A DNA stretch of 64,000 nucleotides, taken from positions 1 through 64,000 of the forward strand of contig CAVYHE010000013.1 in assembly GCA_963768305.1 (NCBI GenBank). Direction: 5' to 3'. Below the pieces are notes generated by a model. It worked only from the letters and a program-made list of their open reading frames with translations. It did no database searches and was not told where the DNA came from. Shown here one piece after another: positions 63,909 to 64,000 of the stretch (its first letter is position 1; each line of letters starts with the position of its first letter). The translations under genes and the position numbers were made by a program. The stretch is from an uncultured bacterium. Its GTDB lineage: Bacteria > Margulisbacteria > WOR-1 > CAVSGV01.

Positions 63909-64000
63909 TCAATCTTCGCAGCCGTCAAACCAGTGTTTTGTTCTGTTGCACACAGAACAAAGCGATAGCATTACCGGAACTTCCACAAGTACGCCGACCA
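63909..64000 (-). CDS. acr3: ACR3-family arsenite efflux pump, 3' end only
   Basis: Manual translation VGVLVEVPVMLSLCSVCNRTKHWF, the typical Acr3 C-terminus; ars-type neighbours. Confidence 0.8.
   Translation of the reverse strand, partial: VGVLVEVPVMLSLCSVCNRTKHWFDGCED

Overview
A 64-kb chromosomal segment (roughly 45% GC by eye) from a diderm bacterium. It carries lipid A genes, SLH proteins, a secretin and some Firmicute-like gene order. This mix suggests a Margulisbacteria/Saganbacteria (WOR-1)-like lineage, which is inference only. Content is mostly housekeeping: lpxD/C/A/B-fabZ, pyrH-frr-uppS-cdsA, nadC, ychF, clpC, aroE, rpe-ribD-rlmD, miaA, leuC/leuD, a half carB, rnc-pyrC and a SUF-like pair. 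There is also a Ni/Co/Zn uptake cluster (35.7-43.8 kb) and the edge of an arsenic-resistance cluster. Many essential genes are split by single indels, most likely long-read assembly errors. The main unexplained structure is a bipartite motif, (G)TGAAATTT-N14-CGATAAT, with sigma28-like spacing, in front of seven orphan-like genes. At two loci such promoter+gene units sit in tandem against a convergent housekeeping gene, and a displaced copy of that gene's 3' end with only synonymous changes (leuC; a YugP-like peptidase) is left behind the newer unit. This points to a possible single-gene cassette insertion system with no integrase in the window. Also notable: three near-identical sigma54 promoters with a shared upstream box, widespread leaderless sigma70 promoters, a probable FabZ-LpxA fusion, a split PknB-like pseudokinase and a DUF2946-like RAPP leader peptide. 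No rRNA, tRNA, CRISPR array or transposase was recognised.
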